Assembly (NCBI GenBank): GCA_965153355.1
Contig: OZ231126.1
Span: forward strand, 38,254,001-38,318,000
Reading direction: 5' to 3'
Origin: Flaccisagitta enflata
Taxonomy: Eukaryota
Length of the DNA: 64,000 nt
Shown here: positions 36,122 to 48,631 of the stretch, in pieces
How the letters are laid out: the number at the start of each line of letters is the position of its first letter
Numbering within the stretch: position 1 is the stretch's first letter
The notes under the pieces: model-generated
The model's database searches: none
What the model was told of the DNA's origin: nothing
What the model saw: only the letters and a program-made list of their open reading frames with translations
Program-made: the position numbers and the translations under genes

Positions 36122-37983
36122 TCAAAGTGAAAAAGAGAAACTTCCAAAGCCGAAGCCTTTCTTAGGTTTGTGATGTTTGTGCATTTTCTTGGCCATCTTC
36201 TTTTCGTGTTTCATTTGTTTCTTGGCAAGTTTGGGGTCGTAAGCTGGGCCTCCCATCATCACCGGCGGACCCGCGGGCACCATCATCGGCGGCCCCGCCG
36301 CCATCATCGGCGGTGGCGGTCCTGCGTACCCCGGAGGCGGCGGGCCGTATCCCGGTGGTGGAGGTCCTGCGTATCCCGGAGGCGGAGGTCCTGCGTATCC
36401 TGGAGGTGGTGGTGGGCCGTATCCGGGAGGTGGAGGACCACCGGGAGGTGCCCCGCCTCTGGCACCCATAAGGATTTGATCCGCGGTTTGCTGATCTAAT
36501 TTTGACGAAAGATTTATTTTGCAATCATTAAACATTTGAACAATATTTTGAATAGAAGTCTCGTGGAGATTTTTGATCAAGTTCACGAAGCCTCATAAGT
36601 CACAATGACAACAACCCCAAAAGGGCAACAGTCGCCTGCGTCTGGAAATGACAAACAAAAGAGTAAAAACATGTTAAAATGCTAAAAATTTTGAAGAATG
36701 TTAAAGAATGTTAAAAAATGTTAAAAAATGTTAAAAAAGTTGAAAAATGTTAAAAAAAGGTTAGAAAAGGTAAAATGTTAAAAAATTTTTAATAAATGTT
36801 TAAAAATGTTAAAAAATGTTAAAAAATGTTAAAAAATGTTAAAAAATGTTAAAAAATGTTAGAAAATGTTAAATAATGTAAAAAAAAAGAAAAAAAACTT
36901 TCTAAATTTAAAAATGTTACGGACGGACCGCCACCGCCGATGATGGCGGCGGGGCCGCCGATGATGGTGCCCGCGGGTCCGCCGGTGATGATGGGAGGCC
37001 CAGCTTACGGACGGACCGACAGAGCAAGGTGTTGAGTCGCGTGCACGCGACTATAAACCTTCAAATTTTGTATTCTTTCTGATTTAAAAAATGTCATAAT
37101 CATCATCAAACTAGGACTATATCCTATTAGATCTGTTATTGTCAATTCACACGTGTAACCTTTGATATTCTCCATCTCATTTATATCTTTTTAGCAGAAA
37201 CATGCCGCCAGTGCAATCGACTTGTCACAAAAGATCAATTGGCGCGTATTCGTCACAGATGAATGGACTTTTTTTACCTTGTTGAGAAAAAAACGCGCCC
37301 AGAACGTGATTTTTGTTTTGAGGATCTTGAAGACGAGGCGCAAAAGCTTGCAGAACGCCGAATTTCGCTTGAGGTGCAGCTTGATCAAACTCACGACAGC
37401 AGGCCGCTGGAAATTGTTGGAGAGAAAGAGAGAAAAGAGTTATGAAGAAATCAAGAAAAGGATAAAACAGACAGGCCCACAGTTAGACAGAAAGGAGACA
37501 GGTAGACACACTGACATGACACATAAAGAGAGAATCTTAAGTTCAACGGAAAGTGAGGTAAATGTTAAATGAATGAATGAATGAATGAATGAATGAATGA
37601 ATGAAGGAATTCAATGTATGAATTTTAAGTTCGATGTATGAATCATATGAACAAATAAATGAACGAATACCTAGATCAGCGGCGGTGATTCCGGCGCATT
37701 TTTGGGCGAGCAACTGAGCAGCTTCCGATTTCATCGGCGTCGGCTGTTGGAACAGGTGGAGGATGTGTGGGCATTCGTTGCCGTTGACGCCGCCGGCAGC
37801 ACGAATCACCTGAATGAATGAAAAAATGAATGTCGAATGAATGAATGAATGAATGACTGAATGAGACAGGTGGATGCTGTGAGGACATTTGTTGCCGTTG
37901 ACGCCGTTGGCAGCCCAAATCACCTGAATCTTGTCTTCATCCCGTTGACACTGCTGCACGGCACCCAACAAAGTGCCAGCCAT
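36122..37983 (-). CDS. 4-exon gene, 233 aa: DUF4476/PROSER1-N-like domain, GY(A/G)PPPP repeats and Lys/His-rich tail; complement(join 37924-37983, 37671-37809, 37278-37406, 36122-36495)
   Basis: All introns GT-AG with consistent phases (0,1,1); 702 nt open from ATG to TGA. Sequence ...KFGVLQAFAPRLQDPQNKNHVLGAFFSQQDQQTADQIL resembles the DUF4476 pattern by eye. Confidence 0.85.
36608..37057 (-). mobile_element. HINE in intron 3 with (aaaaaatgtt)n array and a captured exon fragment
   Basis: Ends gagtcgcgtgcacgcgactataaa; GGAC microsatellite interrupted by an exon-4 copy. Confidence 0.8.
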
Positions 37984-39350
37984 GATGCCGACAGAAAAAG
38001 TGACCAGCAAAAAAAAAAAAAAAGAAAAAAAAAAGGTAATGAAATAAAACCGACAGAAAGTGGGAAAGGGACGAATTGATATGTACAGGTGGAATTTAGA
38101 ATGAATTTGAATCAACCAATGTTTATACCATGAACTAATTTCGGAGGGACGGAAAGACGAAATGTTCAAATAGTGTGCGAGCCGGTCTTTTCATACGAAG
38201 AATCAGCACAAGTAAAGATACGAAAACACGGATAAAACAAGGAACGTGGGTTTACAATATCGTCGCGGACGGGTGGGCAGGGCGTCCAACCCCCATCCAC
38301 ATTTCAACCTCTACCCTTACACATAAAGCATGCGATCTTTGCGACCCGATCACCACGGTCCGACGGATGGATCGACGGACGGGACAAAGCCTCTTATAGA
38401 GTCTCTGGTCCTCGACTAAAAGGGAATTTTTTTATAAGACGAAATTAAGGAGCGGAAACAGTTCAGAAAATGATAACGGGACAGTCTGGACTATCAACGG
38501 GCTTGAATACCGCAAAGGCTCGTCGGCCGCTTTCAAAGCTGGACCAGGATTACACGACGCCAAATTAGGATGCTAATAAATATAAGAAGCTTGGAACATT
38601 ACTCTTTGAAAATATATTTTTCTACTAAATAGAGAGTGTGCATTCCATGACATTTGGGTGAAACAAGCATTTCTTGCACAACAGGTTAGCAATGGATCCA
38701 GACAGCTCCTCTTCAGTTTTAAGGCAATTTTCTGCTGTCGCCACTTCGTCTTTGTTCTCTGAGGTACATAAGAAGTGCGGCAAGGAATTACATTAATCAT
38801 GAAACAACATCTCAGACAAAACAGATCCAAGGAGGGAGAGCCTAAATTTCTTCCGTAGTTGACTAAACAAGGTTTTGTAAGAGCTAGTTTGTTCTTATGT
38901 CATTTTAATCAGTTCAAAAATGAATCCCATAAGTTTGCTAAAGATAACGGGCTGTAAAGAAGCAGCGCATGCACGTCATAAAAAACAGCAATTTTTTTAC
39001 ATCAACCAGTCGTCATGGCAAGGAGGTGATGTCATATTCTGTGGTTATTTTGTGATATTATGTCGTCTTTGGCCTTCCTAGTATATTCGCAAGCATATAA
39101 ATGCGTTAGCTGCTCCTCTCCATCCAGAATATCTATCAGACTAGTTGAATAAGTTTCCAGAAATTGAGGAAACGCAATTCAATGAAACCGTTTTTTGTGG
39201 AAAAGCCTTCAACGAGCCGGTAACTAATTTAATAAGTCAAATTCAACCAACTAGGATGGTCTTTACTTGTGTTTGATCTGAAAAAAATGTAGTAAATCAC
39301 ACTTTTGAAAATAGATTTGAACACTGCATGATCAAATTAGTCATCCAAGG

Positions 39351-39864
39351 ATTGCACATGGTCAGCGGTACCCGATGCCCTGCTGAGTGATCCAGTGAAG
39401 AAGTGGAGTGAGAGCAGGGCAGCGGCTCCAAAGGACCAATGTCCTGTAGAACACAGGGGGGAATTTCGAGACATCCGTCCGTCCTGAGGGGGCTCTAGAT
39501 GGCTGATTTATGCCACTGAAGGCAAATCTGAGGGTTGGAGGGCATGATTAAGGCTTGGAGAGCAGATTTGAGGTTTGGCGGGCTGGTTTAAAGTTTGGAG
39601 GGCTGAATGAAGGTCTGGAGGGCAGATTTGAGGTCTGGGAGGCAGATTTAGGGCATGGGGGGGGGGGCTGATTTGAAGCCAAGAGGGCTGATTTTAGGCC
39701 TGGAGGGCTAAATTGAGTCCTGGGGGGGCTAATTTGAGGCCTTGATGGTCAACGGGGGGGGACAAACGGAAGGACGGACGGATGGATGGACGGACGGATG
39801 GACGTCTCAAAATTCAACCCTGTGTTCTACAGGACATCGTCCCTTTGGGGCCACTGCCCAAAAA
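39351..39864 (-). mobile_element. IR-flanked minisatellite element (family of 12583-13555)
   Basis: ggtcagcggtacccg...gtcctgtagaacacagggg / ccctgtgttctacaggac...ctgcccaaaaa. Confidence 0.75.
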
Positions 39865-40609
39865 CCGTCGTCGATTTTTTCCAGCTTGGAAATCATCTCT
39901 ATAAGAGGGCAATTTTTTGAAGGAAGACAAAGTGTTTCACCCTACTTTTTTCATCACTTTCTGGACAATATTAGAGCAAGAATGATTTTAAAAGACAAAT
40001 TGTCTCTAAAGACACTTGGTGTATACATCTCTATCGTATTTTGACCTCAAAAGTAATTCTAACTTTGCAATTCAAATGAGAAAAACAAGAAAATCAAGAT
40101 TTTAAATGCAATTTTGTTTACATTTTTTTGTTTGTTCTTGCCATTGAAATTCTAAGACTCTCAAATGCAGGGAAATTTTGCATTTGCAAAAACATAGTTC
40201 TCGTCATAATCAATTTTGGAAGAGAACTATGTTTTTTGTTTTTTCATTTTTTATGCAATCTTAGAATTTCAACGAGCCCCCTGTCAGTTACAAAAAATGA
40301 AATTCTCAGTGATTTGCATTATATTTTCTATATCAATTCTTGCGAGATATGGTTCTATTTTATGTTTGAATGCAAGTTATGCAAAAAAATATCAATCAAG
40401 ATATATCTCAATAATTATTTCAGTTTAATCGTGGAATTTTAACCATTTTAATTTTTTACTTTAGTTCCCATTGAAACACAAATATTGCCTTCGGAAGAAC
40501 GCCGTCATAAGTGAAGAATTTTTTGCGAGCAAAAATTCACATACTGCACTGCTAAGCTCAACTTTTCGGAGTCTGTTTCTTTCTTTTATATTTAGCTGAA
40601 AGCACTCAC

Positions 40610-43123
40610 GATTTCCACTTTCTTAATGATGACGAAGGCGAAGGTGGTGGAGGTGTGGGCTTGGTGATGGGACATTGTTCCCATCGGCGTCTTAGTCGTT
40701 GCCGGTAATCGTCGTCGTCTTCCTCCTCTTCCTCGTCCTGGATTTGCCGCATTTTGATGGCGTAACCGACGGAAACGCTCGATGCTTCCCTCATCATCTT
40801 CGGGGTATTTTTACGAGCGATTTTCACGCTAGAGAGAAAAATGTTAAAAAATTTTCATTTGATGATTTCAGCTCAGTCCACTTTTTAGTCGTGTGCACGC
40901 AACTCTATGACCCACTCTGTCAGTCCGTCGGTCGGTGCGTCGGTTAGTCCGTAACACTTTGCTTTTTTTCGTCACTCTACGTCATTCTAAGTTGATTTAA
41001 GTCATTTCTAGTCATTTCAAGTCATTTCAAGTCATTTTTAATCATTTTTTGTCATTTTGGTCATTTTTGTCGTTTTTTTTGTCATTTTTGTCCTTTTTTG
41101 TCTTAATTAGTCATCCTAAATCAGTTTAAGTCAGTTTAAGTCATCATGGGTCATTATAATGCATTTTAAGTCAAATTAACATTTTTTGTCATTTCTAGAA
41201 ATTTTGTCATATTTTGTAACAGTAGGTCATTTTAAGGTATTCTTAGTCATTTTAAGGCATTATTAGTCTTTTGAAGTCATTTCCAGTCAATTGAAGTCAT
41301 TTTAAGTCATTTTGTCATTTCTTATTTTGAAACTGGTAGGTTTCCAAACCTGAATTGAAATTGGTGGGTTTCAAAGCTGGAATTGAAACTGGTGGGTTTC
41401 AAGGCCTGAATGGAAACTGGTGGGTTTCAAAGCTTTAATTGAATGTGATGGGTTGCAAGGCTTGAATAGAAACTGGAGGCTTTCAAAGCTTGAATAGGAA
41501 CTGCACTGGAGGCTTTCAAGGCTTGAATTGAAACTGATGGGTTTAAATATTTATATGAAACTGGTGGCGTTTAGAGGCTTGATCTAAAACTGATGGGTTC
41601 AAAGGATTGAATTAAGACTGATGGGTTTCAAGACTTAAATTGAAGGTGGTGGGTCCAAAAGCTTGAATTGAAACGGCTTGAACTGAGACGGCTTGAACTG
41701 AGACTGGCGGATTTTAATGGCTTTAATTGAAACTAGTGGAGTCAGGCCAATGAAACTATTCATGTCCCGCACGCGACATATAGGTGTTGGCCATGTTTCT
41801 AATAAAACTATTCCATGGAAGTCAACAACAAATAAGAACACTACAGTAACAATCGTTGCCCTAACTACTTTTAGTAAGCAGTTTGCTTTTGGGTTAGATA
41901 GAGATGGAATGTTTTTCAGATTGTTTTATGGAAAACTGGGAGTGGTGCGCGTATTAACTAGTCAGCGAGGGTTCACAACGCCCTCTGCCATTTATTTTAG
42001 TTTGGGTATAGTGAGGGATATTGTTCCACTTTTCATACTAGCAGAAACAATGATGAAAAAAACAAAACAACAACAACAACAACAACAGCAATGAAGGCAA
42101 AAACAATGAGGTTACTAGAGCATGTATCCGTAAAATGTATCGTTGTCCTTCATAAATCCTTGGACAGGTTGAAATTTGATGAAAATTTGTCTGAAAGTGA
42201 AATGAAATGTTGGGAGGAAATCCTCATTTTCATATGCATTAGATCTGATCGAACGAATTAAGAAGTGCAGAAAAAGACTTGACAAAACAGCTTGATGAGG
42301 TTTTTTTTTTACCTCTTGATGATTCCCAAATCCCCTACGACCGGAAGTGGAGCGTCCTGCGATTCGTAGTATAATTCCATTGTTGTTACCATACCTTAAA
42401 GGCGCAAAATGAAAGCAAAAAAAACGGATAAAAATTTAATGTAAGATGGACTTGACGGGCTTGACGCCACCTGACTACTATCTAAAAAATAGAAATGTTC
42501 CCACCTCTGAACTCAATCAATTTATTGATTCATTACCAAATACTAGTCAATGACAAATCTTTCAATTATTGGTGTGAGCTCCTTCTTGCTGAATTATGGC
42601 CGCCATTTGTCAGAGAAGCGATTTGTACAGCTTCCTGAGGCATTTTGAAGTGATGACTTACCAGGCCTCCAGACAGATGCGCCAAATTTAGGCGGTTAAC
42701 ACACACACATAAGAAAAAATATGAAAAACACACTTCTAGTCGGCCTAGTGTGCTGAAATTTGAACTGAAGAGTTTTCAAACCTTTGTCCTACTACAGTAA
42801 AAATTTCATCATGATCGGCCAACCAGAAGTATATCTTTATTGCTTTTATTTCCTAAGTTTATAATCCGCGGCACATGTTTTAGGAAACTTTCAAAAGGAA
42901 CAATTTCATTCAGAGTGTAATAGCTTTTAAGCCCATTGAGATAGAGACACGCGAATCGCACAGATCGCTTGGAAATTTGAAGGGCTTCAATTTGGTCACC
43001 GATTTTTTGTTAATCAGTTGAATTGTTTGGGTTCTATGCAATAAAACGTGCGGGAACATTTCTATTTTTTAGATAGTACAAAGAGAAATGAAGATTGTGA
43101 CGATGTTAAACAACAAACACAAT

Positions 43124-43215
<92 letters not shown>

Positions 43216-44520
43216 CGTCGGCGTCGCCAAAACGAAAATAAACACCAGCTAAACTTTTGCAGAATATTCCTGTGTCTAGATTGTTATACCGTTGTTAATG
43301 TTGGCAATGGAGAAAAACAAGAAAACTAAAGAAAGCAGTTAAAGATCAGAATAAAGTAATAAAACAGTGAGCATCTTGGCCGAGGCTGCGGGCTCACAAG
43401 CAAAAGGTGATTACAACCATCACCTTAAGCTTGGCTGGCTTAGACGTCCCGTCACCAACTACCCAAGATGCAAATTACAAAAATGATGAAAAATTAGTGT
43501 AGAAGAGAGAGAGAGATTAAATGAGAAGAGGGAGGAGAGAAAGGAGAAAATGGTGAGATGAACAGAGTGGAGATGAGTCTATCGGGTGCTCCGCATAGCA
43601 AAAGTTGGTTATTTGTTTCCGCCCTATTTACCTAACGTGGAGTGGCTAATTTCAATACCCTTACCATTATTATTTCATTTAAAATCATCTTCCGCTTTTT
43701 TAGAAAATTGTTTTTGAGGACCTAATTTGCATAATGTAGTGGGATAAAACAATATTCAGACATTGTTTGAATTAACTTTTAAATACAAATTACTTCTCTT
43801 CATAGGATTGTAATTCTGCCTTTTCATTAGCTCCTTCATAGCTTACGAGCTGATATTTTAGTTTATTTTTACAAACATCATAATTTTATAAAACAAATTA
43901 TTGTCCTTCTTGTAACAAAACTACACAGGATATTTCTGAATTCTGGGAAATCTGTGATAACTTGAAAGCTAAAACAAAAACGAAAGATAAAGGAATTTTG
44001 AAAAAAGGAAAATGATAATCTTCATGATTTTTGCTCCTTCACATTACTTAAGAAGGGTGAAGGCTATGCCGGATCAACATATAGGCTAAAAAAGCTATAG
44101 CTTAGGGCCCCGCGCCTCAGGGGGGCCCCGCGCCTGCAGCACCCACCCCTAGAAAAAAAAGAGAAAGAAAAAAAAAGAAAGAAAGAAAGAAAGAAAAAGA
44201 AAGAAAGAAAGAAAGAGAAAGAAAGAATGAAAGAAAGAAAGAAAGAAAGAGAAAGAAAGAATGAAAGAAAGAAAAAGAAAGAAAGCGAAAAAGAAAGAAA
44301 GAAAGAAAGCAAAAAAGAAAGAAAGAAAGAAAGAAAGAGAAAGAAAGAATGAAAGAAAGAAAGAAAGAAAGCAAGAAAGAAAGCAAGAAAGAAAGAAAGC
44401 AAGAAAGAAAGCAAGAAAGAAAGAAAGCAAGAAAGCAAGAAAGAAAGCAAGAAAGAAAGCAAGAAAGAAAGCAAGAAAGAAAGCAAGAAAGAAAGCAAGA
44501 AAGAAAGCAAGAAAGAAAGC

Positions 44521-44585
<65 letters not shown>

Positions 44586-45268
44586 GATATGCTTAACGGT
44601 AGAAATGTCATATTTTGTTGTTCTGTTCTAAGTTCTTTATATATGAAAGTTGGACAACATTACTACTCAACCCTACCTTACTTAAGGATGAGAGCCTTTG
44701 GAGCACTCACTGGTGTTTAATCCGGACCCATCACAACTATCCTTAGTAATGAAAAACAACCAAGTCTATCTTTACATTATCATAAAATTGTTAAAAAAAA
44801 ACAAAAAAACAATCCAACCAAACAGAAAAAATCAATGATTTTAACCATTTTCTCAAACAATCATGTCACTTAGGCAGATGGGAAGTTACGCATGTAGATA
44901 AAATTTCAATTGACTGGTTTTGAATTATATGTAAACCGGGGGAAGGGAGGTTACCAGGGGGCCAGGGGGCAAAGAGAGGGTCAGGGGGCCAGCTAACCTA
45001 ATAGCCCCGCGCCTTGTTGATCCGGCTTAGGGTGAAGGGATACTCCCAACTTTTTGCTATATGAAGCACCCAAATGAGTCTAGGTTATCACCTGGTGAGA
45101 GGAAAAATTTCTTTGGCGGTGAAACTCTGAGCGTGGCGTGATTGCCTATGACCAGCTCATCTTGAAAGGGAAGCGCGTACGTCACTCGGGCAGACGAATC
45201 TGGACGGGAAATGAACTGCTGGTATCTGCTTGTAAACGAATGATCGGACAGATGAACGGACAATCGAA
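40610..45268 (-). CDS. Partial gene of unknown function: exons 45092-45268, 42313-42394, 40610-40828
   Basis: AG/GT boundaries with matching phases (1/1, 1/2, 2/2) give ...RLSVHLSDH...FFLSP-GMVTTMELYYESQDAPLPVVGDLGIIK-SVKIARKN...EEEEEDDDD...; start and end exons uncertain. Confidence 0.65.
40882..41797 (+). mobile_element. HINE with two minisatellite types (intronic)
   Basis: tttttagtcgtgtgcacgcaact ... gcacgcgacatataggtgttggccatgtt; duplicate at 53334-54249. Confidence 0.8.
42478..43076. mobile_element. TA-TSD MITE
   Basis: ta|ctatctaaaaaatagaaatgttccc ... gggaacatttctattttttagatag|ta; duplicate at 54930-55528. Confidence 0.85.
44065..45029. mobile_element. TIR element carrying an (AAAG)n array
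   Basis: tatgccggatcaaca / tgttgatccggctta TIR, flanked by gggtgaagg(c/g) direct repeats. Confidence 0.65.
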
Positions 45269-45677
45269 CTGTAGCACAGGAAGCAGCTTATGGAGTCACG
45301 AACCTTTAGGTAGAGAAATCATACGCTAGAAGGGGGGCGGGTGTAGGCGCCGCCATGGCCTATCCGGCGGTTTTCCGTCCAGAACAACGTTAAAATGACA
45401 TCGTTACATTATATGAGTAAACCATTTGCTTGTGCAATGGTCTTTTCCGATGCTTTTGCATTGATATCATTTATGCTAATGAATAAGCTTCAGCATTATT
45501 CGTTTATAGAAAGCCTTAGATTTCAAGGTGCTTAAACTTATGCATGAGCTCTGTTGATTTGGATGGTCCATGATATCCATTCAATGGATTCCTAGTTACA
45601 AGGCTGTCTTAATCAATGGAGTTTCAGGTTAAGCACTACGACACTGAACCTTGAATAAAAAATATTTTTTGAGTGGC

Positions 45678-46064
45678 TTTTTAGTCGCGTGCACGCGACT
45701 CTACACCCCGCTTTGGTCGTCTGTCGGTCCGTCCGCCGGTCGGTCCGTTTGTCCGTGGTCGGTCCGTCCGTCCGTCCGTCCGGCTACACTTTACTTTTTT
45801 GTAGCGTCAACTCTTGGGCCTTTAAGTCATTTTAGTCATTTAGTTTCTATTTTTGAGTCATTCTAAGTCATTTTAAGTTATTTAAAGTCATTTTAAGTTA
45901 TTTTAAGTCATTTTTGGTCCTTAGGTTTTTTAGACATTTTAAGTCCTTTTTGGACATTTTAAGTCATTCTAAGTCGTTCTAAGTCATTCTAAGTCATTTT
46001 AAGTCATTCTAAGTCCTTCTTACCCTGTAAATCTCGCACGTGACTTATAGGTGTTGGCCTTGTT
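45678..46064 (+). mobile_element. HINE with (aagtcatttt)n
   Basis: Same 5' palindrome and 3' end as 24611-26636. Confidence 0.8.
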
Positions 46065-46130
46065 ATTTCTCTGGACTACTTTCTTGGGCTAATTAATAGT
46101 GCTTTCATACTGAGCTTGAACAGGATCATA

Positions 46131-46549
46131 CACTTTTTTTTTTATAAGAGACTTGAGCCTGAGATTTGTCAAAATTTTAAGAACAAAATAAGAAACAGCC
46201 CAAGCTGAGATTTAGTCTTGGCCGTTTTCAAAAGAACTTTTTCTTTTTAGTTTTTTATTTAAAACTTGAATTGTATTCAAATTTTTCAGAAATATAAGTT
46301 TTTTATCATTAAAAATGACTTCTTTTTCTAGTTTGCCTATGAAATCAGGCATCTAAAAAAAAACAAAAACATGATGATTATCAAGTTTAAGATACAATTG
46401 TTATAAATAAGGTATTTTTATACGATTTATATATTTGTAAACATCAAAAAATCAAGAACACCTTAAGAGAATTTCAGGCTTAAAATGGCTGAAAAATTAA
46501 GAACACCCAGGCTGATTTCAAAAAAGTTGTCTCTTATAAAAAAAAAGTG
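46131..46549. mobile_element. MITE, TA TSD
   Basis: ta|cactttttttttttataagagac ... gtctcttataaaaaaaaagtg|ta. Confidence 0.85.
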
Positions 46550-47075
46550 TAAGTTGCTTATGTCCATTTCCTTGTGCAATGGTCTCATTATAATGTTTTT
46601 GCATTGCGTGTTAGAATTCTTGATCAAACAGCTATGGCTTTATCTTAATTACAAAAAGCAAAACAGATATTTTGCCTGAATCATATGTTTGCTTCAACCT
46701 TGCAACATGTTGCATATAGTGGGGGCCCCGCTACCTTAAGTGCCTAGGGCCCCGCACACGGTTGTTCCGGCCCAGGGCAGGGGCAGTGATAGAAAAGATC
46801 ACTAGGGCATTTGAGCAAAATGCAGGAGCAGTGAGTTGACTGAGTTCAAAAAGCTTAAAAACGCCGAAAAAGTAAAAAGGGGATTGACCAACCAACCAAC
46901 CGACCGACTGACATAGCGGGGTGAAGAATCGCGTAGCACGCGACAAAAACAGGCTCTCATCTTTAAGTTAATTTGGGTTTGAGTAGAGACGTTGTCCAAC
47001 ATTCATTAACGTTTTCGAGACAGACTCTTACAAAGTTTCTCAAGGCTTTTCCCTCGATGTTCTTTCTTTTCTCAG

Positions 47076-47202
47076 CTTCGGAACACCGAGAACGAGCTCG
47101 TGATCTTATTGGTTGCGCACCCTGCAGGACAATGGTTGCAACTACTTCAATCTCCCGAGCACCATGAGCAAAAGAACGTCGAAATTCTGTACTTGCCACA
47201 TG
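47076..47202 (+). CDS. Orphan internal exon (LRNTENELVILLVAHPAGQWLQLLQSPEHHEQKNVEILYLPH)
   Basis: Polypyrimidine tract plus CAG acceptor, G|GTAAG donor, open frame, GC-rich; partner exons not identified. Confidence 0.5.
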
Positions 47203-47415
47203 GTAAGAAATTTTACACTCTTTTTATTGAGTAAGGACAAAGTTTATAAGGGCAACGAGGCTGAAATTTTGCCAAAAATTAAGGACATTTTAAAGATAAA
47301 GCCCAGCCTCAGATTTATAAAAAAAATGTTTTGATTGACAATTTAAATTGTTTTTACACAAATTTAAGAGGAAATTATCTTATCTATATAAAATTGCAAC
47401 ATTTTTTGTTTAACA

Positions 47416-48399
47416 CAGTATGTTTCATCTCGACTGGAACGAAAAACGACAGCGTCATTCGAAAACGAAAAAAAATAATCAAATTCTGAAAAATGTTCCT
47501 GAAACTGCATGTTTTGGCATTTGTTCATGCCAAGTTTCAACCTTCCATGTCAATTATGTAAGCTTCTATCTAAATTTGAAGCGAGACTATCACTTTTCTC
47601 TTGCTTCTTTTTTCCTTTTGAATTTCAGGCAATCATCTTTGACATGTTTGCCAGTGTTTAACATCCAAGCAATGAGAAAAACATAGCAAAATCTATGATC
47701 ATTTCTGAAGCTCTGTGAAAGATCTTTCAAATGAGTCCATGTTGGTTGTTCTGGCTTCATCCGTTTAGAAATGGCATGAAGATGGAGAAGGTTGTCAGAA
47801 TTTTGAAAACTCATTAGAGGATTTTCATGTTTTTACTTGTCATATTGTAGAGATCAAAGGCGTTGAGTTAAATACTTGTTCTCAACGCCATATTAAAGAA
47901 AATTTGAAGCTGTTTAATTTGCTCATGGATATCAAGTAGCTTTGAAAACCTTGTGTTGCATCATGAAGAAATATGTAACGATCAAACTTGTGCATTGAAA
48001 AAACAAACAAATTTGCACTTTTTTCAATCGGCAATGTTTTGCTTCAAGCCCGTGCCATTTCTAAACAAATAAAGCTACAGTAACCAGCAACGTCACATTT
48101 GGAAGATTTTTCGCAGAGCTTTCAATTGGTCATGAATTTTCTGTAGATCAGGCCCATATGAAAACAGAAACTAGGAAGACAAGTTTTTTTTTTTTTTGGC
48201 CTTGGTTGAGAGGAAATGAAATTATAGGATCCATTCAAATTTAGATAGAGGCTTCACTGACAGACATGGAAGGCTGAAACTTGGCATGAACATATGCCAA
48301 AACATGCAGTTTCAGAAACTTTTTTTCAGAATTTCATTGACTTTTTTCATTTTCAAATGACGCTGTCATCTTTCGTTCCAGTTGAGATGAAACATACTG
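47416..48399. mobile_element. ~1-kb palindromic MITE (CAGT termini)
   Basis: cagtatgtttcatctc...ctggaacgaaa / tttcgttccag...gagatgaaacatactg|ta; core shared with 21066-22059. Confidence 0.85.
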
Positions 48400-48631
48400 T
48401 AACATATTTCTTTGTTTCAAAGTAGTAACTATCATATTCAACTTGTATTTACTCAAACTAAACATAAGTTATTTCAATGAGTATAGTTTCATTGTAAAAA
48501 AATCATAGAAAAATATTAAGGACATGCTAAGAACATTTCAGCCTGAAATTTGCAAAGATTTAAGGACAATCCAGGCTCAGAAGAATTTAGCTGGTCCTTA
48601 AAAACTGAAAAAAGTGTAAATGAAGATACAC

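Larger units (their letters stand above)
40509..45410. repeat. Segmental duplication, copy 1 (copy 2 at 52961-57690)
   Basis: Near-identical sequence at offset 12452, falling to 12280 after microsatellite length differences; identical ORFs in the track. Confidence 0.95.

Noticed and set aside
37543-38169. 208-aa single ORF
   Set aside because: Read-through of upstream sequence, exons 1-2 and introns of the spliced gene
40596-40708. Plus-strand exon reading ESTHDFHFLNDDEGEGGGG
   Set aside because: The minus-strand reading has better splice sites and joins two other exons in phase
44064-44720. Lys/Glu/Arg-rich and Phe/Leu/Ser-rich ORFs
   Set aside because: (AAAG)n microsatellite
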